Source: Chrysomallon squamiferum
Taxonomy: Eukaryota > Animalia > Mollusca
Length of the DNA stretch: 64,000 nt
NCBI GenBank assembly: GCA_012295275.1
Contig: CM022672.1
Coordinates: forward strand, 20,088,001-20,152,000
Direction of reading: 5' to 3'
The translations under genes and the position numbers were made by a program. How positions within the stretch are numbered: the stretch's first letter is position 1; each line of letters starts with the position of its first letter. The notes under the pieces are model-generated. The model saw nothing but the letters and a program-made list of their open reading frames with translations. It had not been told where the DNA came from and searched no databases. Positions 52,410 to 64,000 of the stretch are shown one piece after another.

Positions 52410-52763
52410 GTGCACTTTTCTTAAAATATTAGAGTAATTGAAAAAAAAAAAAAAGGATGTATAAAAATGAATTCTTTACTAATTCCTGTTCATTTCACAG
52501 ATGTAATTACAGTGGAGATGTTTAAATATTGGCATTCAGAAATTAAATTTTGTTATAATGACATAAAATGTTACCATGATCATGGGATTTTTTCTCTTTT
52601 ATTTTTGTGAGTTTAGTTTATTATTATTTTTTTTTTTTTTTCTATGACAAACTGGCTGTAGAACTGAAACTTTTATATTAAATGTGATAGTAATGATCTG
52701 CTTATAAGAAATTTAAGTGTTTATGAAGATTTACAAAGGAAATTAAAAAAAAATCTTTTTCAG

Positions 52764-52837
52764 GAACTGATTGAACAGGAATTAAATGATAACAAGGAAA
52801 AAATTTTCAATGGATTGAAATATTACAAGAAACAAAA
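52764..52837 (+). CDS. NUP188: NUP188 exon 3
   Basis: TTTTTCAG| ELIEQELNDNKEKIFNGLKYYKKQ |GTGAAT, phase 2, cf. human QIEAELNKHWRRLLEGLSYYK. Confidence 0.9.
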
Positions 52838-53242
52838 GTGAATATATGACTGTTTATATAATAGTAGCATAATTCATGTTGGGAAATTACAATTTTCATA
52901 TTAACATATTAATATTTTATTTATTTATTTATTTTTTAAATTAACCAAGTAATAATATTTTACAGTTTTACAAACACTGCCAGACATTAGTTATTACGTA
53001 TAAAGCAGTATTATTTATTTACATGTATTTATTATGTATTATCAGAATACTGTTATTCAGAAAAAAGTTTCATGATCTTTTAGTCTTTAAATTGTTTCTA
53101 ATAAATATTGGTAATATTTTAAAATAAATTTATATATGATCTCATTTAAGAACTATTAGGACTGTCTTACAATACATTTAGCAAAATAATATTATTACAT
53201 TATTTGGTATTTATTTTACAATAATTTGTTATTTTGTTTCAG

Positions 53243-53327
53243 TTCTCCTCAAGGAGAATTGCTCAAGACTGATAAAAATCTTCCTGCACTTCAGCTTGAG
53301 TTTACAGTGAAACTCAGTGTTTTTCTG
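53243..53327 (+). CDS. NUP188: NUP188 exon 4
   Basis: TTTCAG| (N)SPQGELLKTDKNLPALQLEFTVKLSVFL |GTCAGT. Confidence 0.88.
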
Positions 53328-53707
53328 GTCAGTTAATTACGTATATTTAGGTAACTCAGATATTTGCAAATAAAACAAAAAAATGGTAGTTCTACATTTT
53401 CTGTATTGTTATTTATGAATCAGTTTGTGTGTAGTATTTCAGACGAAATAAACAAATTTCTGTAGATTAAAAAAGATTTGTAGTAACAACTTTTCATATA
53501 ATAATCAAGATATTAATTTAAAAAAAATATATAAGTATTGTTATTTATAAATTATTAATTATTTTTTTGATATTCAGATAAATAGTTTCTACAGTTGATA
53601 AAATAAATTTTTGAGCTATTCTTTTGTTTTGTAACAAATCAGATTATGACAAAAATATTTGACATATATTTTAATTATTATTATTATTATTTTTATTATT
53701 ATTTCAG

Positions 53708-53788
53708 TGCCTGGATGAATTACAGAGTTATGACATTTTCTGCTCTTTTCTTGCAAATGATTTTCGAGGATCAAAGAAAAATCTGCAG
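53708..53788 (+). CDS. NUP188: NUP188 exon 5
   Basis: TTTCAG| CLDELQSYDIFCSFLANDFRGSKKNLQ |GTTTTA, cf. human GLDEEQSVQLLQCYLQEDYRG. Confidence 0.92.
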
Positions 53789-53970
53789 GTTTTTATCATT
53801 TTTCAATCACACAGTTCAATTATTTTCATTTCGTGCAAAATTAAAAACAATCATTTAATTCATTAAGTTGTTCACCGTGTTTTGTCATAACTGTTAAGTT
53901 CATGTTAATCTTAAAATTTGAAATTAAAATAGAATAAATGGAGAAATGTTTTTTTATTTTTATTTTATAG

Positions 53971-54108
53971 CAACTGCTGAGTCACGAACGGAGGGCCCAG
54001 GCATTAGTGATTAAGATCAGAGACTATTACTTTACAGAGCGTCTGTATTTATTGAGGTGTCTTCGACAGATTCTCAGTTTTTGGCCAAATACACAACATC
54101 CTTACAGG
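53971..54108 (+). CDS. NUP188: NUP188 exon 6
   Basis: TTTATAG| QLLSHERRAQALVIKIRDYYFTERLYLLRCLRQILSFWPNTQHPYR |GTGAGT. Strong match to the NUP188 ALILKIADYYYEER...HPYR motif. Confidence 0.95.
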
Positions 54109-54168
54109 GTGAGTACTGAAATGTATATATATCACATTATAATGATATGATATGATGATATGAAATTA

Positions 54169-54396
54169 TGCACTGAATCTATTAGTGAGTGAGACTGCTT
54201 TACCTCAGACAGTTTCAACCTGTTGGTCTAGCATCATAATCAGGATATGCAAGAAAAGCAAAAACAAAACCACAATCAAACAAAAAAACTTCTTTCTTTA
54301 GTCAGTATATAATGTGCACTGAATCTGTATCATTCCTCAGGTGTGGCTTGGCTTGAGTAACATTAGACTGGTGGACAAATCATAATCAGAAGATGT
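54169..54396. repeat. Diverged ~146 bp duplication in NUP188 intron 6
   Basis: TGCACTGAATCT at 54169 and 54315; TCATAATCAG at 54234 and 54380. Confidence 0.55.
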
Positions 54397-54795
54397 TAGG
54401 GCAGAACTGACATTAACCCCCAATAATTCCCCCTTTATTGAGATTGCACATGAAAGAAGATCAGAATATGCAGATTCAGGGGGAAAACCTCCAAAACCAC
54501 CCAAAACATTTGATGCAATCTTTTTGACTGGAGTGTTTCTGAAGTAAAATGCAGTTAACTTGCATATATGATATATTCTGATTAATTATTTGATTGTTAG
54601 ATAACAAAACAAATTAATTTGATTTCATTACCTTTTTAACACTTAATGGCACACAGGCCACTGTTTTCAGTCAGGCAATATTTCATTACCAGCCTCAGCT
54701 CAAAACTGAATTTGAAATTATTGTTATAATCGTTAAAAAAAAAAAGGTGTAAATCAGTTGCACTTTAATTTTATTGTGTAATTATTTATTTTCAG

Positions 54796-54852
54796 GACGT
54801 GTATGCTAAATTTCTCAATGACCTTTTGGGAGATTCTAAACTTATTGAAAAG
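54796..54852 (+). CDS. NUP188: NUP188 exon 7
   Basis: TTTTCAG| DVYAKFLNDLLGDSKLIEK |GTTAGT, phase 0. Confidence 0.88.
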
Positions 54853-55191
54853 GTTAGTATGATATGTTAATTCATTAATTTAACATGTTAGATACATTAA
54901 TATTTCAGATATGTATTTAGATACTTAACATATTAAATATTTTAATATTTTAGATATATATATACATTTACATGTTTAACATGGTTGATATTTATATACA
55001 TTCATGAATAATTTTTAAATTATAGAAATTCCTATTATTTTCAGTTAATTTCATTAGTGAGAAAAGAAAGTTCTTAATGTTTATTATTAATGATATAATT
55101 ACATAGCATTTGACAGAAAAAAATGTAATTGTACTGACTGGTTAATTTTTACATAAAGTCTTGTAATGTGAAAACTGAATTTTATTTTCAG

Positions 55192-55260
55192 CTTCATGAA
55201 CAATTTGACATGTGCTCTGAAGAGCTTGTTCCAACCTGGGAGTCACATGGACCATTGATG
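55192..55260 (+). CDS. NUP188: NUP188 exon 8
   Basis: TTTTCAG| LHEQFDMCSEELVPTWESHGPLM |GTGTGT, cf. human APTWETHGNLM. Confidence 0.93.
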
Positions 55261-55482
55261 GTGTGTGATGTATTTAAAATTAAACACTTGATAAAAAAAA
55301 CTAGAATAATAACACAAACTTTCTCAGGTTTCCATGCATAAGGCATACGTAAATTAGTTCATAATAATGCATTCACAGATAATAACTGTTCATGAACAGC
55401 TGTATATCATACTATTATTAATGTTATTATTATTATTATTTTTTTAAACTAATCTATAAATATATTTTCCTTGTTTCTTCAG

Positions 55483-55530
55483 AATGAGCAACAGGCCCAG
55501 GTTTGGATCCATCAAAATCTGAAAGAGCAG
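55483..55530 (+). CDS. NUP188: NUP188 exon 9
   Basis: TTCTTCAG| NEQQAQVWIHQNLKEQ |GTGAGA, cf. human TERQVSRWFVQCLREQ. Confidence 0.92.
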
Positions 55531-55920
55531 GTGAGATATATTATATATAACTGTTGGTGCAATCAAATATACTATATAGCTGTAATTTTTGTTAGTAGTA
55601 GTATTTATATTTTTTAGATATACTTTTGGTAAAAACAATATGATAATGTAAGATGACATTAAACAAAATAATACAGAGCCATTACATGCTCTATTAAAAT
55701 TGTGATCCCTGCATATTCTTTGTCTGTCTGTCTGTCTGTCAGTCTCTCACTCACCCTTTACCTCCTTCCCATTCCACCTACCTAGTGGTATTAAATACAA
55801 GAATTAATATCCCTGCTTACCTAGTTATGTATATTACATACATATATATGTAATTTTTCCTGGATTAAACATAAGTAATAATTTTTTGTATAATTAATGA
55901 AGTTGATGTTGATATTTCAG

Positions 55921-56007
55921 TGTGAGCTGTTGGAGTTGATGATGATGTATTACAAAGATTTCATGGCTGATGCACAAGGCTTCATTCAGCTCATGGAAAA
56001 GTTTACA
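55921..56007 (+). CDS. NUP188: NUP188 exon 10
   Basis: TTTCAG| CELLELMMMYYKDFMADAQGFIQLMEKFT |GTATGA, cf. human SMLLEIIFLYY. Confidence 0.9.
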
Positions 56008-56604
56008 GTATGAATTTTCTTCAAAATTGTACCCATCTGAATTTAATTACACTTCCAAGTTGTTTATTTAGCCAAAATAACCAAACTAATATTTAATAAT
56101 ATTTAAAATAAAAAATACTGCACTCTGTTGCCTATTATGGATAACTTCTTATATAAAGTGAACATAATTTATATTTTAAAAACATTAGATACATCTATTC
56201 TGTCTCCTTTTAAATTATTAATAGCTATCTTATTTTAAGTCTTTTTATTCATTCTGGTTTGATGAATAAATGTTTTTTTTTTAAAATGACAGAATATTAT
56301 ATATTTAAACTTTAAACATAAACATTTTTTTTTTTGGCCTCATGTGAAAACCATTTTTAAATCTGTTTGCAATATTTAATTTAATCCAGTTGAAAAATTA
56401 GAATACTTTTATGTGAGTACTATTTCAGTATTCTTTTTTCCTAATGAAAACCTTGTTTTTCAGTGTTTTTTATAAAATTAATCTGCCTGGAATTGAAATA
56501 TTGATAAATATTTAAACATTTTTATGATTGAAAAAAATATTCAGTTTTACATATCTTAAATTTAAATGTTAATTAATCAGTTTATAAAATATTTCTTATT
56601 GCAG

Positions 56605-56681
56605 AAACATGGATTTGGTTGGAGGCAGAGTTATAAACATCTTTTGAGTAAAGCAGATGAAAAACTTATCAAAAGAATTGG
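56605..56681 (+). CDS. NUP188: NUP188 exon 11
   Basis: TTGCAG| KHGFGWRQSYKHLLSKADEKLIKRI(G) |GTAAGA, phase 2, cf. human QGFGSRQTNRHL...RIG. Confidence 0.93.
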
Positions 56682-57141
56682 GTAAGACTATAAAACATTC
56701 TGGTATTTCAACCGGGATATGCTGTTGCATAATTTGTTCTTCTTCTTTTAAGACAAAAATATTCTGCATCATCAGTGAAATAGAAAATATGTCCATGAAG
56801 GCATATTTTAATGGCTTAGAATTGAAAGCACTAAGGAATAGGCTTTGACCGGCAGATGGTTTTGTCCTTCTGCATGATAATTACTAAACTTGATGGAATA
56901 ACTGAGAATAGCTCTGAAAATACACAGATCATAACATAGTATTGCACTGAGACGTTATACTTTTCCAGATCAGTCCATGCAACTATTTCAAGATAAAATG
57001 AAAATATCATTAAGATAAATGGAAGGTTCATTTAGAGAATATTTTAAAAAGACACAAATGTACACCCAAAAATTAGTATGTGGAATAGATGGAACATTTA
57101 TGAATTTTGTTCATTTCATGATGACGCAATTTCTCTTCCAG

Positions 57142-57256
57142 ATATGTAGAAGTTCTCATTCTTCTTGATGTACTTGACATTGCAACAGCTTACAGGTGCA
57201 AGGAGCAGGGCAGTTTCAGTGAACACAGTATTTTGTCTGACAAAGATTCTTTCCAG
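57142..57256 (+). CDS. NUP188: NUP188 exon 12
   Basis: TCTTCCAG| (G)YVEVLILLDVLDIATAYRCKEQGSFSEHSILSDKDSFQ |GTAAGT. Confidence 0.92.
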
Positions 57257-57580
57257 GTAAGTAAAATAAATTACATAATACTATAACCATAGTTAAATAT
57301 TTCCATATTATTGTTTCATTTGTTCGTGGCAGTCATTCTTTGCCAATATTGTGACAAACATGTTGTACAGTATATACAGAAATATTCAGGTATAAGAAAT
57401 TGACTTTAATTGAAAACACATTTAAATTTTTTTGTTTTGCCAAGTTAAAATATTTAACTGCAGAAATTGATTTTAAATTAATCATACAAAGATACACATT
57501 CACATTTCAGTTTTATTTTGATTAGCTCACTAAAAATCCTGTGGTTTTAAATTAATAGAACTTGTGGTTTTTTTCATCAG

Positions 57581-57784
57581 AAAGTTGACAAACTGTTTGG
57601 TAACCTAGGACAAGAAACTATCCATGCACCTCTGTATTTGTGTTGGGCCCTGATTCGTCAACTCTATTTGGAGGATGAAGAATCACAGATTCTAACAAAG
57701 AAACTTGGAAACCTTTCTCTGCATCTTGGAGTGTTCACTGTTCTTCTCGATATCGTCAACACAGACCCTTTCAGTGGAAACACA
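57581..57784 (+). CDS. NUP188: NUP188 exon 13
   Basis: TTTCATCAG| KVDKLFGNLGQETIHAPLYLCWALIRQLYLEDEESQILTKKLGNLSLHLGVFTVLLDIVNTDPFSGNT |GTAATT, cf. human HAPVLLAWALLR. Same frame as track ORF 57638..57877. Confidence 0.93.
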
Positions 57785-58281
57785 GTAATTTATTTTAATT
57801 ACATTCACAGATGCTTGGAAGTTTACAATAATTTCAGTACAAATATAATGAAAATTATCGGTTTAGAAAATGTATAATTCTGCAGACTGACATCAAATTG
57901 TGTTGAAAGTGAAACAGATAGATTTATTCTACTGTGTTTACTTGATTTATATTTAAATTATAGCTTGTTATGGTTTCTTTGGCTTATGAATTATGTAAAC
58001 ATTTAAAAATGTGTAATCTCTAACATAATTGTTAATTTTTTTATCTTCCTGAGATTAAAAAATAAATGTGCTCCATAATCAGCAAAATGGTTAGTTGCCT
58101 CTGAGCAGTTACGATCAAAGTAAATTATATTTATCATCCAGTCATTGCATGTTAAAATGCATAAATGCTTGTCCTTTTATATTTAATTCATATGACTTTC
58201 AGAGTTTAATATTATCCCAGCACAGCAAATACCATTTTTCCAGTTTTCTTAATTTTCTATTTTTATTTTATTATATTTCAG

Positions 58282-58371
58282 ATTGTTTCCTCAATTTGTC
58301 AGTTTGTTCTGTATGTGTTGTTGTATGTGGTTATGTCTCTCTATCAAGAAGAAAGTCTGGGTGATGTGCAG
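58282..58371 (+). CDS. NUP188: NUP188 exon 14
   Basis: TTTCAG| IVSSICQFVLYVLLYVVMSLYQEESLGDVQ |GTTAGT. Confidence 0.9.
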
Positions 58372-58754
58372 GTTAGTTAATTTATTTTTATATTTTTATT
58401 CTGTTCTTAATGTCTTTTTAATTTTTAATTTCTTTTTTACTTATTTTATTTTGATATTAATTTCAGCTTTTTTGATTTTGTATTCTGTTTGATTTTATTT
58501 GAATTTTGTTATTTAATGTCATTTTATGATCTTATTTTCTAATATCGGATATTTTTATTATTATTATTTTGAATTTTCTTTTGCCATGCTTTATTTTGAA
58601 TTTTCTTTCTTTCTTTCTTTCTTTCTTTATTTCTTTATTTATTTATTGTGTTCAAATACAGAAGAAAGCAACAACAATGAAAAATAACACCAATAAAATA
58701 GTAGAAAGCATTTATAATATGAATTTTTATTGTTTATTTTATTTTTAAATTCAG

Positions 58755-58820
58755 TCATTGTCTGGTTTGACTATCAAATTGCTGAAGCAGGATGGAAATG
58801 CAGAAGATTTGTGGCAAAGA
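58755..58820 (+). CDS. NUP188: NUP188 exon 15
   Basis: ATTCAG| SLSGLTIKLLKQDGNAEDLWQR |GTAAGA. Confidence 0.88.
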
Positions 58821-59475
58821 GTAAGAATTTTCAGAATTTTGTTTTTACACAGTTTTTCCTTGAGAATCTTTAACCAAGTCTTTTTCACATAATATATTTT
58901 CTAGTGAACATTTTTAGAGTGTGCTGAATTTAATCTATTTCAGTCAGTGCCTTTCATATTTGACTTTTTAAAAAAATTAAAATGATATCTGTCCTCCAAA
59001 ATGCTTATTGCACTATTTTTGCCAAATAATATCTAACATCTAACAGGATATTTTAGCAAGTAAATATTTGACCAGTAAAAAGTAAGCAACCAACCTAGGT
59101 GATTTTAGTTGGTAAACATTCATTAGCAGTTTTGAAATGTCTACAGAAAATTGCAATTGATAATTTGGTAATATGTTTAGTTAACTGAGATAGTGTATGT
59201 ACTAAACTTCCTATACCAATAAAGGATAATTATATATAACTTGAAGTTAATGTACGAAAGAAAAATGTTTATGAAATAAAACTTTTCTCAAATTTAATTT
59301 TGTTTTTCATTAATAATTTATATATTGTAATATATAGATCTTTAAAAAAGACAAAAAAACAAGAAACAAAATAATTAAACAATATACATATAAAAACACC
59401 AGTAAGAAATGAAAAAAAACAACCAAACAATGTTTATCTGAAACAAAGAATTATAGAAAATATTTCCAATTACAG

Positions 59476-59598
59476 GGTTTGCATGAAGGAATTGGTAACC
59501 TGTATTCTTCAGCAATGATCTGGTTTCCATTGGAATTTGCAAAGTTTATTGGTTTCAACATCTCCTTGGCTTCAGCAAGTACTAAAAGTGCTAAAAAG
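59476..59598 (+). CDS. NUP188: NUP188 exon 16
   Basis: TTACAG| GLHEGIGNLYSSAMIWFPLEFAKFIGFNISLASASTKSAKK |GTGAGA, cf. human GLGIILDSVCGMFP...KSTAKK. Confidence 0.92.
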
Positions 59599-59878
59599 GT
59601 GAGATAATTTAAAAACAAAATTTTTTCTAAGATATTATTTCCATAATTAATTTTTTCACAACATACGATAACTTTTTGTGTTAGTTGATTCTTGCATAGA
59701 AAATGAGTATTTGAATATTTTATATAAATAACTATTTTTTTATTTTAAAAGACATAATTATATTTGAATATTTTTTTAAATGCTTTACATTGGAAATGAC
59801 ATTATTTAAAAGTTTAACATAAGAAATGACCGTTACACATGAACAAATGGTTATATGTGAAAGATTTGCTTTGTGTAG

Positions 59879-60005
59879 GTGAAGGCAACTCTTTCAGAGC
59901 TGAGTGTGTACACAGAACAACTAGATAACAACAGTTCGCGTGATTTACAACCATCTGGTAACATGATGTTCCATCTCACACGCCCAAAACAGCCATACAC
60001 AAAAG
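59879..60005 (+). CDS. NUP188: NUP188 exon 17
   Basis: TGTGTAG| VKATLSELSVYTEQLDNNSSRDLQPSGNMMFHLTRPKQPYTK+G |GTTTGT, phase 1. Same frame as track ORF 59879..60094. Confidence 0.88.
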
Positions 60006-60537
60006 GTTTGTCTCTTTATATTTCTGCTTTAAAAAAATATTCTGCTATTGTTTTTATCTTTTATTTTCATTCATACTATATAAAACATACTTAATTACAG
60101 GAGCAGGTGATCTTTGTCATCCTCTTGCACAAAACAGGTGCAACTGATATTGCTGTTTTGCTTATTTAAAATTGCTATGATGCTGTATCATTTAGTCAAT
60201 GCTCATCAACATGATTTCAGAAGAATGTTGAATATATGTTTTGGTCAATTAAAATCAACCTTGTTTTTTTTAATCTTAAAATATTTAACTGCAAATTAGA
60301 TAACGAAATAACAAATGAAGTCAAAGATGAAAAATGGTACCATTTTATTTTGATACAGTAAACACTTAAAAAATTTCAGTGGTGTTTATTTTAATTTATT
60401 TATTTTTTTGAGCTTTCTGTCTTTTTGAATATTTGTAAAATTTAGTTTTAATTATTTAAAAATTATTTATTTGTAATGGTTTTTTGCCTTTTAAAGATGT
60501 TTTAATTTTTAAAAAAAAGATTTATAACTTACTTCAG

Positions 60538-60588
60538 GTGAGCTGGTTATACCTGCTGGAGTCTGTGGACAGGTGGTAACAATGACAG
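60538..60588 (+). CDS. NUP188: NUP188 exon 18
   Basis: CTTCAG| (G)ELVIPAGVCGQVVTMT+G |GTGTGT, cf. human NLRIPQGTVGQV. Confidence 0.9.
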
Positions 60589-61181
60589 GTGTGTTTGTGT
60601 GAAATAAATATTTAACTTTTATTTATCTTTATCTAGAATTACTTTATATTTCAACTTCTGATAAATTATTTATCACATATATATAAATAACGTATTTATT
60701 AAAAAGCAATTGCGTGAAACTTTTGTGTAAAATAATTACATATGTAATAAGAGTAATAATGTGTTAAATTATAATTTTTAAAATCATTTTTTTTTAATTT
60801 AAATTTTTATCATGTAAACAAATGTTAGAAAGCTAATTCAAGTTAATGAAAATAATCATACATCCCATTTAAAAAACACTAAAAATTATAATATAAAATC
60901 AAAACTTTGTTTTCTGTATTTATATATTTATTTGAAATGCCTAAGTTATATTTAAAAAAAAAAAGTAATTCTTTTCTTTTACATTATTAAATGATAACTG
61001 AACATTATTTTCATATTTGTATTTATTTATATAGGTTATAGATTATTACTTTAAAATAATTTTTCAGTAATATATATTATCTACTTAAATATTTGTATAA
61101 ATATAAATTCTAATATTTGTATTATATGGTAGGAATCTATTACTGTAAAATCCAAAAATTTCTATATTGTCATATTTGCAG

Positions 61182-61304
61182 TCCGGCATGGGGATAAGAT
61201 TGTTCAAGGTAGTCCAGTTATACAGTGGGAGACAACATACAATGGCTGGCTGCTCTTATTGTGTGAGATACAGGAATTATTACACCAGGTCTCACAAGGC
61301 TCGG
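61182..61304 (+). CDS. NUP188: NUP188 exon 19
   Basis: TTTGCAG| (V)RHGDKIVQGSPVIQWETTYNGWLLLLCEIQELLHQVSQGS+G |GTTAGT, cf. human LVRWEYSYSSWTLFTCEIEMLLH. Confidence 0.92.
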
Positions 61305-61358
61305 GTTAGTAACATCACAAAATACACTGTCACAAGCAAAATAAACTATATCAAACTA

Positions 61359-61805
61359 CAGGCTGGGCCTCACTTACACTGGAAGGGATGGAGATTTGAA
61401 TTGTACGGTCATTTAGTTTGCATGGCCAAACCTTAGCCAGAAGTGGCACCATCAACACCCAAATTGTTTATCCTGTGACAGAAATATAGATATTATCTTT
61501 TTTACTGGTATTTTACTGTAAAATATGCCTCTAAATGTAACCAGCAAGTAGCACAAATGGAGGTAATGCAGTGACATCACTGTTACTTTAAAAAGTGTCA
61601 ATATTGAAAAATCTAGGACCAGCACTTTGTCATAAAGAATTCCAGTAATCCTGAACTGCGCTAATGTCTGTATAAATTGCAACCATATCAGTAACACAGT
61701 ACAGTATATTTGTTATTTTTTACCCTAAGCTTCACTGGTTTGAAAAATCTGCTACATCAGTAACTGTCTGGTCCAAAATTTGACAGATTAATGAGGTCCA
61801 GCCTG
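61359..61805. mobile_element. Putative MITE (Tc1/mariner/pogo-type ends) in NUP188 intron 19, 447 bp
   Basis: Ends CAGGCTGGGCCTCAC and ATGAGGTCCAGCCTG are inverted repeats matching at 13 of 15 positions. Flanks are TA (left) and TG (right), compatible with a mutated TA TSD. Confidence 0.6.
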
Positions 61806-62056
61806 TGCGATTGTTATATTGGTAGGAAGAACAGTGAAATATATTGAAAACTGATGACATATTCTGTAAATTCTTTCATTTTCTTAAATTATTTTTCAGA
61901 TAATTTCTTCAGTTCCTCTGTTAGTAATTAATAAATAAACCAGACTTTGAACTGACATATTTTTATACATGATGCAAGTTGTACGTCAGATTTGTATTTG
62001 ACAAATCACATAATAATGAGGTCTGTATAAAAAGTTATTGTTTACAAATGTTTCAG

Positions 62057-62189
62057 GTATGGTGTCACCTGTTCAGCTGTCTAATGTTACCATGGTGATG
62101 CAGCTAGTCAAGGAAGTGATGGCATCTGACCCTGAATCAGTGCCAGAATTTGTAGATATCACTAACCTGTGTTACCAAGTTACTGAAAG
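62057..62189 (+). CDS. NUP188: NUP188 exon 20 (gene continues beyond the window)
   Basis: TTTCAG| (G)MVSPVQLSNVTMVMQLVKEVMASDPESVPEFVDITNLCYQVTE+AG |GTGAGA, phase 2, cf. human IDLVHKVISTD...IT...LQR. Confidence 0.9.
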
Positions 62190-64000
62190 GTGAGAACATG
62201 ATTAGCATTTTTAAATATGTTACTGGTCTCGCCACAAATGGTTAACAAAAATAAAAAATAGAAAAAGAGCCTCACTTCACACTGATAAAATCTTGTGGCA
62301 AGAGTTTGATTATCAGCATACCCAGCCATATATTATTAATAGTACTGTCAGTGACTATAAAAGTTTGTAGAAGGTTTTTATTATTAATAATGGGAAACAA
62401 TAATTTATTTTTAATAATCCAGTTGTTGGTAATAGCACACAATTAAACCATTATTATTATTAATAACTCAATATAAGACCATTTATTAATGCTAAACCCA
62501 GTGTAAGGCCATTTATTATTAACACAGAATGGGTCAGTTGGTGATAATAGCAAGATATATGGCCAATTGTTGTTCACTAATAAAGAAAGAAGTAGAAAAA
62601 CATGAAAGAAATGAACATATTCAGTTGGATGTTTAGCAATATCTATATCTAACAAACTAATGAAGAAAAACAATGGATGAATGTAATAAAAAAGAACAAC
62701 AAACAAACCCCAGGCTGGTGTGTCTGTTTCAGTGAAAACTGATGAGTATCAATAATAACATTGATTTTTCAGAAGTTGTATTTTTCACTCTTCTACAAAT
62801 GTAATATTTCTTATAATAATCAGATACTGAAAAACAAGTAATGAATGTCGGATCAGTTTAATTCTGAAAATGTACATGTAAAATGTCAAATGAATATTTT
62901 TAGTCAACATTTTTTTTGTATTGCTTTATATTGACTACTTTCATCTTTATTTTACAAAATAAAGAAAGACAACAACAACAACAACAACAAAAAATACATA
63001 AAGTAATGATATAGTCTATTTTTTTTTTTTATATATATATCAGCCTTTTTTTTTTTAGTGTTAAAATGAATAAATGTTAGTTAACCATTGCACATTTTTT
63101 TGGTTACTGGTTAGACAGTACACGGCAGCATATGAGAGGACCATCGCCTTCTCTTTTCATGTAGCTATAAGGGTATGTTTTAGCAAACTTTTACTTAATG
63201 TTAATATACATAATGCTGTACATCAAAGATTTCACTGTTTTGCTATGTACAGGTTTACATCTCAGTCTGTAACTTAGCCAAACAAATAATGTTTTCCTTA
63301 AATACCTAATTTTGTACTAGGTAATTTAGTCACAAACTCAGTTTCTGAAGTTAACAGAACTTTCAATTTTTAAAATGATTGTAAAGAATCAAAATTTCAA
63401 ACAGGTTTGGAAAAACATATCTTTAAACAGTAAGCTGAACAGTAATGACCTTCATACAAATTGTAAAACATTCTTAGATTTTATTAACACAAACTGCTGA
63501 AAAACAATCTTTATAAGAAAATCATCACTGTGAATACTGTGTCAATTTATCTTAAAGTGTATCTCAAACACAATGAATAAATAGTCTAATAAAATACTTT
63601 AAGCTTAAGATTATTATTATATAATAACAGTGTGATAGTAAAATAATCCTTTCACAAACAATTTGATTATCATATTACTCTTCCACAATTGGAATGGTGA
63701 TATCTTCATAATGGTCATGGTGGACTGACAGCTGGAGTTTTCCTGACATAAACAGAACTGCCAAGAATGTGTCGCTCACATATTTTAAAATTCTTTCATT
63801 TTTATACATTGTTACTGATTATGATTTGGCAGTAAAATTCAAAACTAAATTTGAACATATACAGAATATATTATATTAACAACCAGTGTGTTAAAGAGTG
63901 ATTTAATCAGAATTTTTGCTGTTTGGCTTTTGTATGTTTCCCCATTTTTGAAATTGATATATCAGTGGAATATCTTTTAATCCAAATGCAGGTCGATTAA

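Noticed and set aside
54140-54260. C/D box snoRNA in NUP188 intron 6 (ATGATGA...CTGA)
   Set aside because: The C-box-like word is part of an ATGAT micro-repeat. CTGA is too close, and I see no terminal stem or guide sequence.
61167-61436. ORF MSYLQSGMGIRLFK as a product
   Set aside because: It overlaps NUP188 exon 19 in the wrong frame and runs into the intron and MITE.
51677-62056. U12-type (minor) introns in NUP188
   Set aside because: No donor matches RTATCCTT; all are U2-type GT-AG.
1-64000. Most ORFs in the supplied six-frame track as protein-coding genes
   Set aside because: They are short, F/I/L/K/N/Y-rich translations of poly-A/T tracts and microsatellites, often with non-ATG starts. 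Of those I checked, only 57638..57877 and 59879..60094 share a frame with substantial real NUP188 exons.
63992-64000. Start of NUP188 exon 21 after TGCAG at 63991
   Set aside because: It is phase-compatible (R-S-I), but only 9 nt are visible and the pyrimidine tract is weak, so it cannot be supported.

Overview
This is AT-rich, microsatellite-rich eukaryotic genomic DNA. It is probably from an invertebrate, and a mollusc or other lophotrochozoan is my inference. Two spliced genes lie head-to-head around a CpG-retaining intergenic region of about 3.9 kb. On the + strand, I reconstructed the first 20 coding exons of nucleoporin NUP188 by hand (51657-62189, about 608 codons, all GT-AG, phases consistent); the gene continues past the window. 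On the - strand are the first two coding exons of a heparan sulfate 2-O-sulfotransferase (HS2ST1-like; 47601-47739 and 15281-15354). They are separated by a 32.2 kb intron and followed by an intron of more than 15 kb. The rest is intronic: two non-autonomous TIR elements, degraded SINE-like fragments, minisatellites, microsatellites and many enhancer-like islands. Almost all ORFs in the supplied track are spurious. There are two main leads. First, the huge HS2ST introns may act as a bystander regulatory block full of CpG-retaining, homeodomain-site-rich islands; vertebrate HS2ST1 neighbours LMO4. Second, a chain of overlapping uORFs lies upstream of HS2ST, including a signal-peptide-like one whose stop overlaps the HS2ST start (TGATG). 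Gene identities rest on my recall of the human proteins, not on a database search. I cannot demonstrate a new biological system from sequence alone.
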